From: Candidatus Bathyarchaeota archaeon
GTDB lineage: Archaea; Thermoproteota; Bathyarchaeia; Bathyarchaeales; Bathycorpusculaceae
Direction: 5' to 3'
DNA length: 50,819 nucleotides
Assembly (NCBI GenBank): GCA_003133625.1
Contig: PKYH01000027.1
Coordinates: 15,266 to 66,084, forward strand
Of the stretch, positions 1 through 9,315 are shown piece after piece. The notes beneath the pieces were generated by a model, which saw only the letters and a program-made list of their open reading frames with translations, made no database searches and was not told the origin of the DNA. The translations under genes were made by a program, and so were the position numbers. Position 1 is the stretch's first letter. Each line of letters begins with the position of its first letter.

Positions 1-228
1 TGAAATGTTAGGGTTCTCCAAAACTTTGCCTGCCAAATACATGACGCCGACACAGTGTTCAAAGCGTGTATGGTTGGCGCCTGGATAAACGTATTCTGAA
101 CCTGCCAGTTGCCTCAATCGCCTTAGCCGCTGCATTGGGTGCGAATCAATAATGTTCTTTTCTGTTTCGGTAATGTACACGTACCCGTGTACGGGATCCT
201 TTATTTCTCCCCAGTAAGCCTTAGGCAC
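1..228 (-). CDS. HD-domain phosphohydrolase (dGTPase/SAMHD1-like), N-terminal part, truncated by window edge
   Basis: Manual translation from GTG at 228: MPKAYWGEIKDPVHGYVYITETEKNIIDSHPMQRLRRLRQLAGSEYVYPGANHTRFEH; DPVHG, QRLRRLRQL and HTRFEH motifs are typical of the family. Confidence 0.85.
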   Translation of the reverse strand, partial: MPKAYWGEIKDPVHGYVYITETEKNIIDSHPMQRLRRLRQLAGSEYVYPGANHTRFEHCVGVMYLAGKVLENPNIS

Positions 229-305
229 AAGCAAGCCTCGCAGTTGTAAGTTATATTTATGTGTCTCCCTATAATGTGTAACGCTAACCAGCCGAGTTGA
301 AAAGC

Positions 306-905
306 ATGGGTAAGAAGGGCGTTTTCATCTGCATCGAAGGCTTAGACGGAAGCGGAAAAACCACACAGGCAGTTCTACTCACCGAAAGGCTTTACAAAAG
401 CCACAATGCAATTTACACTGCAGAGCCTAGCCACGGCAAAACGGGCACTTTCATCCGAGAATGCTGCCTTTATGAGAAAAAACGCTTGCCAACAGCCGCT
501 GAAGCACTACTTTTTGCCGCAGACCGCATCGAGCACATAGAAAACGAGATAAAACCCGCTTTAGCCGAGGGGAAAATGGTAATCTGCGACCGCTACATTT
601 ACTCGTCTTTAGCTTACCAAGGCAGTGCAGGCCTCAGCTTGGACTGGATTAAGACCATTAACTCTCATGCTTTGCAGCCAGATTTCGGCATATTTATCGA
701 TGTATCTCCAGAGCGGGTGCTGGAGCGTTTGCAAAGAAAGAAGTCTGTGATGGAAACCTTAGAAACACAGCAAAAAGTTCGAGAAATTTACATGAAGTTC
801 GTTGAGAAAGGTGAACTTATCAAGATTGATGGTGGCAAACCCAAGGATGTAGTAGCCGACGCATTGTATTCGAAAGTTTTGAGTTTACTTAAAACTGTCA
901 CATAA
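306..905 (+). CDS. tmk: thymidylate kinase
   Basis: IEGLDGSGKTT P-loop, LLFAADR, DRYIYSSLAYQG. Confidence 0.95.
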   Translation: MGKKGVFICIEGLDGSGKTTQAVLLTERLYKSHNAIYTAEPSHGKTGTFIRECCLYEKKRLPTAAEALLFAADRIEHIENEIKPALAEGKMVICDRYIYSSLAYQGSAGLSLDWIKTINSHALQPDFGIFIDVSPERVLERLQRKKSVMETLETQQKVREIYMKFVEKGELIKIDGGKPKDVVADALYSKVLSLLKTVT

Positions 906-937
906 TCATTGAAAAAAGAAAAGTGAGGGTTTGCGGT

Positions 938-2071
938 TTAGTCTTCTCTCCACTTGAACAGTCTAACTGCCAGAACGAAGATTACGGCTGTTATCACTGC
1001 AACGACAGCAAGGTCAATTATTGCTCCCATGTAGTTTGCGTAAACCATGACGTTGTTTAAGCCCTCAACTATGTAGAATAGTGGCAGCACGTGTGCGATA
1101 CTTTGTAGGTAGGTTGGCATGATGCTAATGGGGAAGAAGGTGCCAGCAAGGAACATCATCGGAAACGTCACTATGTTGCCTATTACGCCTGCAGTTTCAG
1201 GGTTCTTTGTTACGGTTCCAACGAGCATGCCCAGTGAAGCGAAAAGCATTGGCCCCAGAACTAGGAAAGGTATAAGCCAAACGGTTAACGCCACATGAGC
1301 GCCGAATGCGAAGATTCCCACGCCGACCATGAGCAGAAAGCTTGCGATAGTCAAAACGATGTACCACAGCACTTTAGAGGCTAGCCACTCCATTTTTGTA
1401 AGCGGTGTAAGAGACAGTTGCTTGAACAGTTTCGTCTTCTTGTACTCCGAGGAAATGTTAACCAGAGAGAACATTGGGCTTACAAGTATGGAAAAACCAA
1501 TCAAGCCTGGAATCAGGAAGTCAATGTACTTTGTTTGCTGCGTATTGACAGTTGCCGATGTTATACCTATAATCGCTGGGGTAGTGTCATTGTATTTTCG
1601 CTGGAAATAGTTTAGGTTGAAATAGTTTGCATATCCATTAACTGTTCCACTTACGATGCCACTTGAGCTTGATGCCGGATTACCGTATACAGTCAAGTTT
1701 ACCGGATGGCCTGCCAAATAGTTAGCTGAGAAGTTTTCGGGAATAATAATACCGTCAGATGATGAATGATCCGCTAGGTACTTTGAAAAGTTCTCAGAAA
1801 CATCCACTGTTATGACTTTGATTGTGGTAGAACTGTTGAGAGCGTTCAAAAACTGTGAAGCAACATCCATTTGTGGTGCAGCGAACGGGCCAGTGTCTTG
1901 GTTTTGCGTATAAACATTGATTGTTCCAGAGCTGTTCCCAGAGAAAATTGCGCCAAAAATCAAGATTAGAATAACTGGGAATATTAATCCGAAGAATAGT
2001 CCAAACTTGTTTCTTAGGTATCCACGACTAAATACTTTGAAATCTGAAAAGATTCTTTTTCCACTAACCAT
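938..2071 (-). CDS. ABC-2 type transporter permease
   Basis: One N-terminal TM, extracellular loop, multiple C-terminal TMs, FLAGTFFPI motif; adjacent to ABC ATPase. Confidence 0.88.
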   Translation of the reverse strand: MVSGKRIFSDFKVFSRGYLRNKFGLFFGLIFPVILILIFGAIFSGNSSGTINVYTQNQDTGPFAAPQMDVASQFLNALNSSTTIKVITVDVSENFSKYLADHSSSDGIIIPENFSANYLAGHPVNLTVYGNPASSSSGIVSGTVNGYANYFNLNYFQRKYNDTTPAIIGITSATVNTQQTKYIDFLIPGLIGFSILVSPMFSLVNISSEYKKTKLFKQLSLTPLTKMEWLASKVLWYIVLTIASFLLMVGVGIFAFGAHVALTVWLIPFLVLGPMLFASLGMLVGTVTKNPETAGVIGNIVTFPMMFLAGTFFPISIMPTYLQSIAHVLPLFYIVEGLNNVMVYANYMGAIIDLAVVAVITAVIFVLAVRLFKWRED

Positions 2072-2093
2072 TTTTTAGCGCCTCTGTTGATTA

Positions 2094-3053
2094 TTAGGTC
2101 TGTCTGCTTTTGCTTTCATCGTTCTCAATGGTGATTTCGCCATGCTCATCCACTCTTCCACTGACAAGCTTAACGAAAACGTCGTCTAAGCTGTCACGGC
2201 GTGTCTGGATTTCTCCCCAGTCCATTTTTGATTGTTCAGCAGCTGCCAAAGCTGCTAGTGCATCGATTTTCTGTTTGAGCGGTATACTAATTACGCTTCT
2301 ATGCCTGTCGTACTCAACTTGTAGTTCAGTGTTTGCTTTGATATAATGAGCTAATTGTTCGGTTCCGTGAATTTCAAGTCTTTCTCCTGAACCGTGCTGC
2401 GCAATGATTTCATCTGAGGTTCCCATAGCAACGATGTGTCCATGGTTCATGATGGCTACTCTGTCACATAATTGCTGCGCCTCGTCTAGGTAATGAGTGG
2501 TTAAAATTATCGTTTTACCCTTAGCCTTCAATCCCCTAATCACATCCCAGATTGCCCTTCGCGCGTTCGGATCCAATCCAGTGGTGGGCTCGTCAAGAAA
2601 GAGCAGTTCAGGAGTGTTCACAAGTGAGAGAGCAAGCCCTGTTTTCTGCTTTTGTCCTCCTGAAAGGTTGTCGAAGTTAACTTTAGCGGAATCCTCAAGC
2701 AAGACTTCCTTTAAAATCTCATCTGGATCAACTTTAACGTTGAAAAGGTCAGCGTAATATATTATTGCTTCCCTTGGGGTTGTTTTTTCAAAGAAAGTAA
2801 ACTCTTGAGGTATAACGCCAAATTTCTTGTGAAGTTCATAACCATTTTTCCAAGGGTCAAGACCAAGAACTTTTATGTCTCCGCCGTCCTTTTCTCGCAA
2901 GCCTTCCAAAATTTCTATAGTGGTGGTTTTTCCTGCGCCGTTTGGACCTAAAAGACCGAAAACTTCACCTTTGTTAACTGTGAAGGAGATTCCATCTACT
3001 GCTTTCAAATCTCCATAGCACTTTTTGAGGGAAGAAACTTCAATCGGAATCAA
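2094..3053 (-). CDS. ABC transporter ATP-binding protein
   Basis: GPNGAGKTT, LSGGQ, LLFLDEPT, TTH. Confidence 0.95.
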   Translation of the reverse strand: MIPIEVSSLKKCYGDLKAVDGISFTVNKGEVFGLLGPNGAGKTTTIEILEGLREKDGGDIKVLGLDPWKNGYELHKKFGVIPQEFTFFEKTTPREAIIYYADLFNVKVDPDEILKEVLLEDSAKVNFDNLSGGQKQKTGLALSLVNTPELLFLDEPTTGLDPNARRAIWDVIRGLKAKGKTIILTTHYLDEAQQLCDRVAIMNHGHIVAMGTSDEIIAQHGSGERLEIHGTEQLAHYIKANTELQVEYDRHRSVISIPLKQKIDALAALAAAEQSKMDWGEIQTRRDSLDDVFVKLVSGRVDEHGEITIENDESKSRQT

Positions 3054-3194
3054 TTACATTTTGCTCCTGTTTTTTGTTTCTTTTATAAGGCTGCCTTGTC
3101 TTTTGCCTTTTCGCGTTTACGGAATTACGCTGTTAGAGATATAATTTTCGGCTATAAAATAAATATCTCTCGCTGCCTTTCCATTGCATGGAAA

Positions 3195-3704
3195 CTAGGG
3201 GTTTGATTTTTTCAAAACTTTCCTTTTCGCGGCTTCATTTATTTTGTTAAAAATAAATAGTGCCAAATCTTCAGGCGAAATGTATCTTGGGCCCCTTTCA
3301 TGGAAAACTTGAATTTCAAAAGCGTCTTTGCTAAAGATGGTTCGGAGCAGGTAATAATCAAACTTTAATGCAGTCTTCTTTTCTGCATTGCCCTTGTAGT
3401 AGCGTATGGCACAGAAGAAATCCATTGTATGTAAACGCTCTTTCTCAAGCAAATTAAGTGTTCTTCCAAGCTCTTCTTCATCTATGTAGTTGAAGCTTTT
3501 AGCCTCAGCCAAGCCTAACTCGAAAATTAATTTGCATTCTGGTATGGTTGGATTAGCGACTTCTTCAAAACTGAATTCCTTTCGGTTTACATCATAAAAA
3601 ACTTGGATTAGCTTTTGTTGAAGTTGCTTGCTCGAGAGAGTTGAATTAAAACTCTCAACCATGTGAATGTTTGAGGGGAAATTTTCATAAAAACCCAGCG
3701 TCAC
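3195..3704 (-). CDS. conserved hypothetical protein
   Basis: 169-aa ORF 11 bp downstream of the UPF0148-like gene, protein-like composition. Confidence 0.7.
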   Translation of the reverse strand: MTLGFYENFPSNIHMVESFNSTLSSKQLQQKLIQVFYDVNRKEFSFEEVANPTIPECKLIFELGLAEAKSFNYIDEEELGRTLNLLEKERLHTMDFFCAIRYYKGNAEKKTALKFDYYLLRTIFSKDAFEIQVFHERGPRYISPEDLALFIFNKINEAAKRKVLKKSNP

Positions 3705-3715
3705 GACATTCCTGC

Positions 3716-4081
3716 TCAGGCTTTCTTAATTTTCTGTATTTTATCGAGGCTGTTTAGCAATTCAGATAGTGCACAGGTGAGTTTTTGAAGCTCTTCCACG
3801 TTTTCGGTTTTTTCAATTTTGCCTTGTATGTCCTCTACTTTCGTTAACAGTATTGCTTCAAGTTTATCGTAGGCTGTGCTGGTTGCGGCTTGTTTGGGTG
3901 GTTCTTCGCCTTCTTTAACTATTATTACTTTTTTTTCATCCTTTGCGCACCATAAAGTGCCATCTTTTAATCTGAAGAGTGGGGAAGCGCAGACTGGGCA
4001 TGACAGGTCGGTTAAAGTGGCGCCTTGCCGTAGCAGGTTTGCCATTCGTTTAATAGGTGTATCTTCTGTTTTTTGTTGCAT
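3716..4081 (-). CDS. UPF0148 / autoantigen p27-like zinc-ribbon protein
   Basis: MANLLRQGATLTDLSCPVCASPLFRLKDGTLWC motif plus coiled-coil tail. Confidence 0.85.
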   Translation of the reverse strand: MQQKTEDTPIKRMANLLRQGATLTDLSCPVCASPLFRLKDGTLWCAKDEKKVIIVKEGEEPPKQAATSTAYDKLEAILLTKVEDIQGKIEKTENVEELQKLTCALSELLNSLDKIQKIKKA

Positions 4082-4160
4082 TTAGAACCCCAAAGTAAAT
4101 ACGTATCAATACTTATATAACTTGGTTACTGCGAAAATTGCAGGTAGGTCGTGCCCATTT

Positions 4161-4439
4161 ATGGTTCGAAAGAAAAAAGCTGAAGAATATGAAGCCAAAA
4201 TTAAGCAAGCGTTAGCAGTGCTTGCAGAGGTTTCCGAGGACAGCACAACGCCAAGAAACATCAGGCGTTCCGCAAAAGACGCCTTGAATGCCCTGCAAAG
4301 CCATGAATATACGCCTGCAGTGAGAGCTTCAAACGCCGTGTCGCTTCTTGATGAGATTCTGCAGGACCCAAATATGCCGCCTTACACACGGGTTAAACTT
4401 TGGAACGTTATGAGTTTTATTGAAGCTATAAAAGACTAA
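4161..4439 (+). CDS. UPF0147 family protein
   Basis: DSTTPRNIRR and DPNMPPYTRVKLWN motifs; ATG at 4161 preferred. Confidence 0.88.
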   Translation: MVRKKKAEEYEAKIKQALAVLAEVSEDSTTPRNIRRSAKDALNALQSHEYTPAVRASNAVSLLDEILQDPNMPPYTRVKLWNVMSFIEAIKD

Positions 4440-4512
4440 AAAGCCTTCAACAAGCTTTTGTTTAGTTATTTTTAGAGAAAGCGTTCGTATCGCTCACGCT
4501 TGCTTCTCAGTA

Positions 4513-4983
4513 TCATTTAGCTTGTTTAGCCAGCTTCTTTTCTTCCTTATACGAGTAAGCGCAATGTATACAGCAGAACGCTGTCTCCCTGCCATCGATG
4601 ATTTCTCGGTAGCCGCCTTCATAGACTTTGCACCCACAGTGGACGCAGACGTAGAGGCTTGGTTCAATAGCGATTGCTACTAGCTCGGCAAAGCGTTTGA
4701 AAAGACCAGTGCATAATTCTCTTCCTTCTTGTGTCAACTCATAAATTTTTCTTTCTTTTTCCCCTACTGGTTTTATTTTGTGTTTAACTAAGCCTTTTTC
4801 TTCTAGTTGCTGCAGGAACGGGTAAACTAGGCTTGGGCTCACTTCTTTTTTGACTCTTTTTTTGAATCTGCTTATTATGCTATAACCGTGTGTTGGTCCT
4901 TCGTAGAGTATTGTTAGTATATAGAAGCGTGAGAAGTCGGAGATTAATTCATCCATGTTTTCTGGTTTTGTATTGTTGGGCAT
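4513..4983 (-). CDS. PadR-family transcriptional regulator with C-terminal TRASH-like metal-binding motif
   Basis: HGYSII, SLVYPFLQQLEEKGLV, RKIYELTQEG; CxxC...FCCxxC tail. Confidence 0.85.
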   Translation of the reverse strand: MPNNTKPENMDELISDFSRFYILTILYEGPTHGYSIISRFKKRVKKEVSPSLVYPFLQQLEEKGLVKHKIKPVGEKERKIYELTQEGRELCTGLFKRFAELVAIAIEPSLYVCVHCGCKVYEGGYREIIDGRETAFCCIHCAYSYKEEKKLAKQAK

Positions 4984-5158
4984 GTTTTTGTTCTTGCATA
5001 ACTAGTGTCTTTATTATTATAAATGTTTTTTAGATATATCTCAAAAATACCTATGCAGTATGCAAAATAGCATCTTCAATCTGCTCCTATGCTACACGCA
5101 CTAACAAATATATGCCACCTGTTACATGTAACTCTGGGTTCCAAGGGGGACATGCCCT

Positions 5159-6541
5159 ATGAAATATGACGTAATAATCGTGGGTGCAGGACCGGCAGGC
5201 ATCTTCTCAGCGCTAGAACTAACAGAGAAAACAAACTTAAACGTCCTAATACTCGACAGAGGAACAGACATAGACAAACGCAAGTGCCCATCCAGCAGAG
5301 GGTTCGAATGTGTCCATTGTGAACCATGCTCAGTTCTTTCAGGCTGGGGTGGAGCAGGCGCTTACAGTGATGGAAAGCTAACTCTGTCAACAGAAGTTGG
5401 TGGTTGGCTAAACCAGTACGTTTCAACCAAAGAGCTCCAAGCCCTAGTAAAATACGTAGACAGCATCTACCTAAAATTCGGGGCAAGCGAGCAAGTTTAC
5501 GGAGGAGACGGCGAAAAAGTAGATGAAATCGACCGCCAAGCGTCACTTGCGGGTCTTAAACTTATCAGGCAAGAAGTTCGCCACATGGGCACAGAAAAAT
5601 GCCGAGAAACGCTACAGCGAATGCGCAAAGAACTCAACGGCAAAATCACATTCCGACCAAAAACAGACGTTAAAGGATTAATCGCTGAAAACCACCTCAT
5701 CCAAGGAGTAGAAACAGTTGACGGCGAAAAAATCCAAGGCAAATATGTTATAATTGCTCCTGGCAGAAGCGGAGCAGAATGGCTCAAAACAGAAGCCCAA
5801 GTCCGCGGATTAAAAACCGTAAACAACCCAGTTGACATAGGCGTTAGAGTTGAAGTTTTAGCTTCAGTCATGGAGAATCTAACCAAAGTGCTTTACGAGC
5901 CAAAACTGGTTTATTACTCTCGTCTCTTCGATGACCAAGTCCGCACCTTCTGTGTCTCACCATACGGCGAAGTAACGACGGAATCCTACGATGGCGTCTT
6001 AACAGTTAACGGTGGAAGCTATGCTGAAAGAAAAACCGATAACACAAACTTCGCCATCCTAGTCAGCACTTCTTTCACAGAACCTTTCAAAGAACCTATT
6101 GCTTACGGCAAATATGTTGCCCGCCTTTCAAACCTCTTAAGCGGAGGAGTAATGGTTCAGCGCTTAGGCGACTTAGTCACTGGACGACGCTCAACACCCG
6201 AACGCTTAGCAAGAAGCGTAGTTACACCGACATTGAAGAATGCTACGCCAGGAGACTTAAGTTTCGTTTTGCCCTATCGTTACCTATCAGACATACGTGA
6301 AATGCTTCAAGCCCTAGACGTGATAGCGCCAGGAATCCACTCAAGAGACACGCTGCTCTACGGCATAGAAGTCAAATTTTACTCTTCACACCTGCAACTA
6401 ACCAATGCGTTGGAAACCAAAATCCAAAACATGTTCACCATCGGCGACGGTGCAGGCGTAACCCGTGGCTTAATTCAAGCTTCATCTTCAGGCGTAATCG
6501 TTGCGCGGGAAATCTTGAAACGTGAACATTTGAAGGCGTAA
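5159..6541 (+). CDS. NAD(P)/FAD-dependent oxidoreductase
   Basis: IIVGAGPAG Rossmann motif, GGAGAYSDGKL, IGDGAGVTRGL. Confidence 0.88.
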   Translation: MKYDVIIVGAGPAGIFSALELTEKTNLNVLILDRGTDIDKRKCPSSRGFECVHCEPCSVLSGWGGAGAYSDGKLTLSTEVGGWLNQYVSTKELQALVKYVDSIYLKFGASEQVYGGDGEKVDEIDRQASLAGLKLIRQEVRHMGTEKCRETLQRMRKELNGKITFRPKTDVKGLIAENHLIQGVETVDGEKIQGKYVIIAPGRSGAEWLKTEAQVRGLKTVNNPVDIGVRVEVLASVMENLTKVLYEPKLVYYSRLFDDQVRTFCVSPYGEVTTESYDGVLTVNGGSYAERKTDNTNFAILVSTSFTEPFKEPIAYGKYVARLSNLLSGGVMVQRLGDLVTGRRSTPERLARSVVTPTLKNATPGDLSFVLPYRYLSDIREMLQALDVIAPGIHSRDTLLYGIEVKFYSSHLQLTNALETKIQNMFTIGDGAGVTRGLIQASSSGVIVAREILKREHLKA

Positions 6542-6543
6542 AC

Positions 6544-7290
6544 ATGGATACTGTAGCCCAAGAAATCAGGTGCAGCCATTGCGGCGCTCCAGTAGAATTT
6601 AAACCAGGAGAAATCATTGCTACCTGCAAATACTGCGGCTTCACAACCGTCATCGAGACAGGACAAACATTCACGTTTGAGCATTCGCTTATTCTGAACA
6701 AGTTTGATCAAAAAAGTATAGATGAGCCCATTCAAGCTTGGTTGCGCGGCGGATTCTTGAAACCAGGCGACCTCGCTAGGAAATCAAAGATTACCGAGAG
6801 GAACCTGGTTTATTTGCCGTTTTGGGTGGTTTCCGTAGAGGCTAAGAGCACTTACAAGGGCATATTCGAACGTATAGCCCCAGCCATAGTTAAAGAGGGC
6901 ACAATAGCCAAGGAATATGAATGGCTGGTTTTGGCACGGGAAGTTTCTGGTTTCCCCACGCATGAATACGAGGTTCCTTTGGAAGGCAAAATCCCCTTTG
7001 ACTTCCGCAAAATCGAGGGCTTTGCCAAACTACTTAACAGCGAAATCGACCGTGACGCCGCCTTGGAACTTGCCAAGCAACAAATCGAGGAGCACAATCG
7101 CTTCCTTCTCCAGCAGGATGTAGATAAAATAGTTGAGATGAAAACGGAAGTCACTCTGAAACAGATGGTCTATTTGCACGCGCCCATCTGGTTTATAAAA
7201 TACGAATACAAAGGCAAAGATTACCAACTGACGATCGAAGGAACTGCTGGAACAGCCTTAAAAGGCGACATACCATCTTCCAGATTCTAA
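6544..7290 (+). CDS. zinc-ribbon protein (YdjG-like)
   Basis: N-terminal CSHCGA...CKYCG, YLPFW and LHAPIWFIKY motifs. Confidence 0.7.
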   Translation: MDTVAQEIRCSHCGAPVEFKPGEIIATCKYCGFTTVIETGQTFTFEHSLILNKFDQKSIDEPIQAWLRGGFLKPGDLARKSKITERNLVYLPFWVVSVEAKSTYKGIFERIAPAIVKEGTIAKEYEWLVLAREVSGFPTHEYEVPLEGKIPFDFRKIEGFAKLLNSEIDRDAALELAKQQIEEHNRFLLQQDVDKIVEMKTEVTLKQMVYLHAPIWFIKYEYKGKDYQLTIEGTAGTALKGDIPSSRF

Positions 7291-7358
7291 GCTTGATTTG
7301 CTCCAACAAACTTTAAAAGCGACTTTTCATTATCAACGAATACTAAAAAGGCGGAGAA

Positions 7359-7901
7359 ATGAAAATGAGCGAGAAAAACGATGTATATTCAGACGTAAAA
7401 GGTCAAATGCGCCTTTCTGAGCGCATAGCCGCGTTCATTCCAGGTTTCCACGGCTACAAAGAAAAGGAACTGCGCCGAGAAAGCGACAAGCTAATCAGGA
7501 ATCACCTGTACCTGAAACTGTCCATTGAAAAGACCGATCTAAGGGAAATTTCGCAGAAGTTGGCTGACCGCCGCTACTTCGACGTCTTGACCGATATGGA
7601 TCGCCTATTAGCTAAGATGGATCGCGTCGTTGAGAAAGTTAATCATGCGTCTTACGGGTACAGCGGCTTTTTTGACGCTGTTAAAGTCAGAGAGGAAAAC
7701 CTTGACCGTATGATAGATTTCGATAATCAGCTTCTAGAAGGCATAAACGCATTGGCTACTGAAATCGACGCTTTTAAAGCGGAATTAGCCAGCGGCGTAA
7801 CTGCGAACCTGAAGACCCGGGTTCAGAATGTAACCGACAAGCTTGAAAGTTTAGAGGACACGTTTGATAAACGTGAAGAAGTAATCTTAGGAGCGAGTTA
7901 A
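7359..7901 (+). CDS. conserved alpha-helical hypothetical protein
   Basis: IPGFHGYKEKELRRESDKLIR and YGYSGFFD motifs; operonic with SPFH gene. Confidence 0.7.
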   Translation: MKMSEKNDVYSDVKGQMRLSERIAAFIPGFHGYKEKELRRESDKLIRNHLYLKLSIEKTDLREISQKLADRRYFDVLTDMDRLLAKMDRVVEKVNHASYGYSGFFDAVKVREENLDRMIDFDNQLLEGINALATEIDAFKAELASGVTANLKTRVQNVTDKLESLEDTFDKREEVILGAS

Positions 7902-7902
7902 C

Positions 7903-8889
7903 ATGCCACAAGTAATAGAATGGACAAACGCTGGCCCAGAGGACGTAATTTGGAGGTACCCAAACGAAGACATTACATGGGGCGCCCAACTTATCGTGCA
8001 TGAGTATGAAATGGCAGTGTTCTTCAGGGACGGCAAAGCCTACGACGTTTTCAATGCTGGCAGGCACACGCTGACAACGTTGAATTTGCCTTTGCTTACA
8101 GGTTTGCTGACGCGTCTGGCAGGGTTCGGTAGCAACAAGCCGTTTAAAGCGGCAGTCCTCTTCATCGCCACTAAAGTTTTCAATGGCAAATGGGGTACAA
8201 GTGCACAAACCACTGAGTTGGCTCCACTCAAAGTGTTTGGGCAATTCCTGTTCAAAATCGAAGATGCTTCGCTGTTTGTGAACGAAGTCGTCGGTGGACA
8301 AAACGCTTACACAACGGAAGACGTTAACAACTTCCTACGAGGTTTCCTTAACGAAAAGATAATTGGAGAACTTTCCCACTACGACTTGATCACGGTCTTC
8401 ACTAGGCTTCAAGAGACATCCGTGATCGTTAAAAACTCGGTCTTAGATTACTTCAAACGCGTGGGCATCGAGCTAACAGACTTACGTTTCGAAGGCATCG
8501 ACACCACACCTGAGTACCGTGAACGGCTGTTTTGGCTTAAAACTGGAAGCACCCCAGCAGACACAGTCTTGCGCATGGAAACGGTGAAGAGCGCAGCGCG
8601 GTCTCTAGGTCAATCAGGCGGTGGCGGCGGAGCAGGCTTAGGCACGGGCATGGTGCTCATACCTCAAATTATGAATCAGCAAGGTCAGGTTCAGGCACAA
8701 GCACCCACAGCTGCACTAGTGATTTGCCCCAAATGCAGCGCGCATGTTCCAGCTACATCAAAGTTCTGTCCAGAATGCGGAACTTCTCTTACGCCTCCCT
8801 CAGCCGCCACAATGAACTGTCCCAAATGCGGCCACTCAATTCCTGCGAGCTCCAAGTTCTGCCCCGAATGCGGTGCAACACTATCGTAG
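7903..8889 (+). CDS. SPFH/band-7-like protein with C-terminal double zinc ribbon (YdjI-like)
   Basis: QLIVHEYEMAVFFRDGK, GRHTLTT, Gly-rich linker, two CPKC...KFCPECG repeats. Confidence 0.85.
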   Translation: MPQVIEWTNAGPEDVIWRYPNEDITWGAQLIVHEYEMAVFFRDGKAYDVFNAGRHTLTTLNLPLLTGLLTRLAGFGSNKPFKAAVLFIATKVFNGKWGTSAQTTELAPLKVFGQFLFKIEDASLFVNEVVGGQNAYTTEDVNNFLRGFLNEKIIGELSHYDLITVFTRLQETSVIVKNSVLDYFKRVGIELTDLRFEGIDTTPEYRERLFWLKTGSTPADTVLRMETVKSAARSLGQSGGGGGAGLGTGMVLIPQIMNQQGQVQAQAPTAALVICPKCSAHVPATSKFCPECGTSLTPPSAATMNCPKCGHSIPASSKFCPECGATLS

Positions 8890-8901
8890 GATGGCATAGC
8901 A

Positions 8902-9249
8902 ATGTCTGAAAGCAGACGGCAACTGCTCTCAATAGGCGTTTTCTTCATAATCGCGGTAGTCGCCATACTTCTCTATGCGGCGAAGGTGTTCGCAGACTGG
9001 CTGAATATTTTCCCTTTAATCTTCGTTCTGTTTGGAGCATGGCTACTAATCCTCGCCGCCATCAGAGCTCAAAGCCCGCAGAAATACGAACGCGAGCCAT
9101 TCGGCACACTGGAAATGGGCGTGATTCTCATGGCTTTAGGCGGTGCTTGGTTCCTGTTCAGGACAAGCGCTCTTTACTCGTTAGCTTTGATACTGCTTGT
9201 GCTCGGCGCCATAGCCATCGTTGCAGCCCTGAGACGAAAGAAACCTTGA
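8902..9249 (+). CDS. small four-TM membrane protein
   Basis: Four hydrophobic segments, basic C-terminus. Confidence 0.75.
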   Translation: MSESRRQLLSIGVFFIIAVVAILLYAAKVFADWLNIFPLIFVLFGAWLLILAAIRAQSPQKYEREPFGTLEMGVILMALGGAWFLFRTSALYSLALILLVLGAIAIVAALRRKKP

Positions 9250-9315
9250 GCCTTTTTTCTGCTCTAAACATTTTTTTATCTCAATGCACAGTCATGATGC
9301 AGAAGGCAAGCAGTT

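Noticed and set aside
8722..8880. Internal direct repeat
   Set aside because: Explained by the duplicated zinc-ribbon coding sequence.
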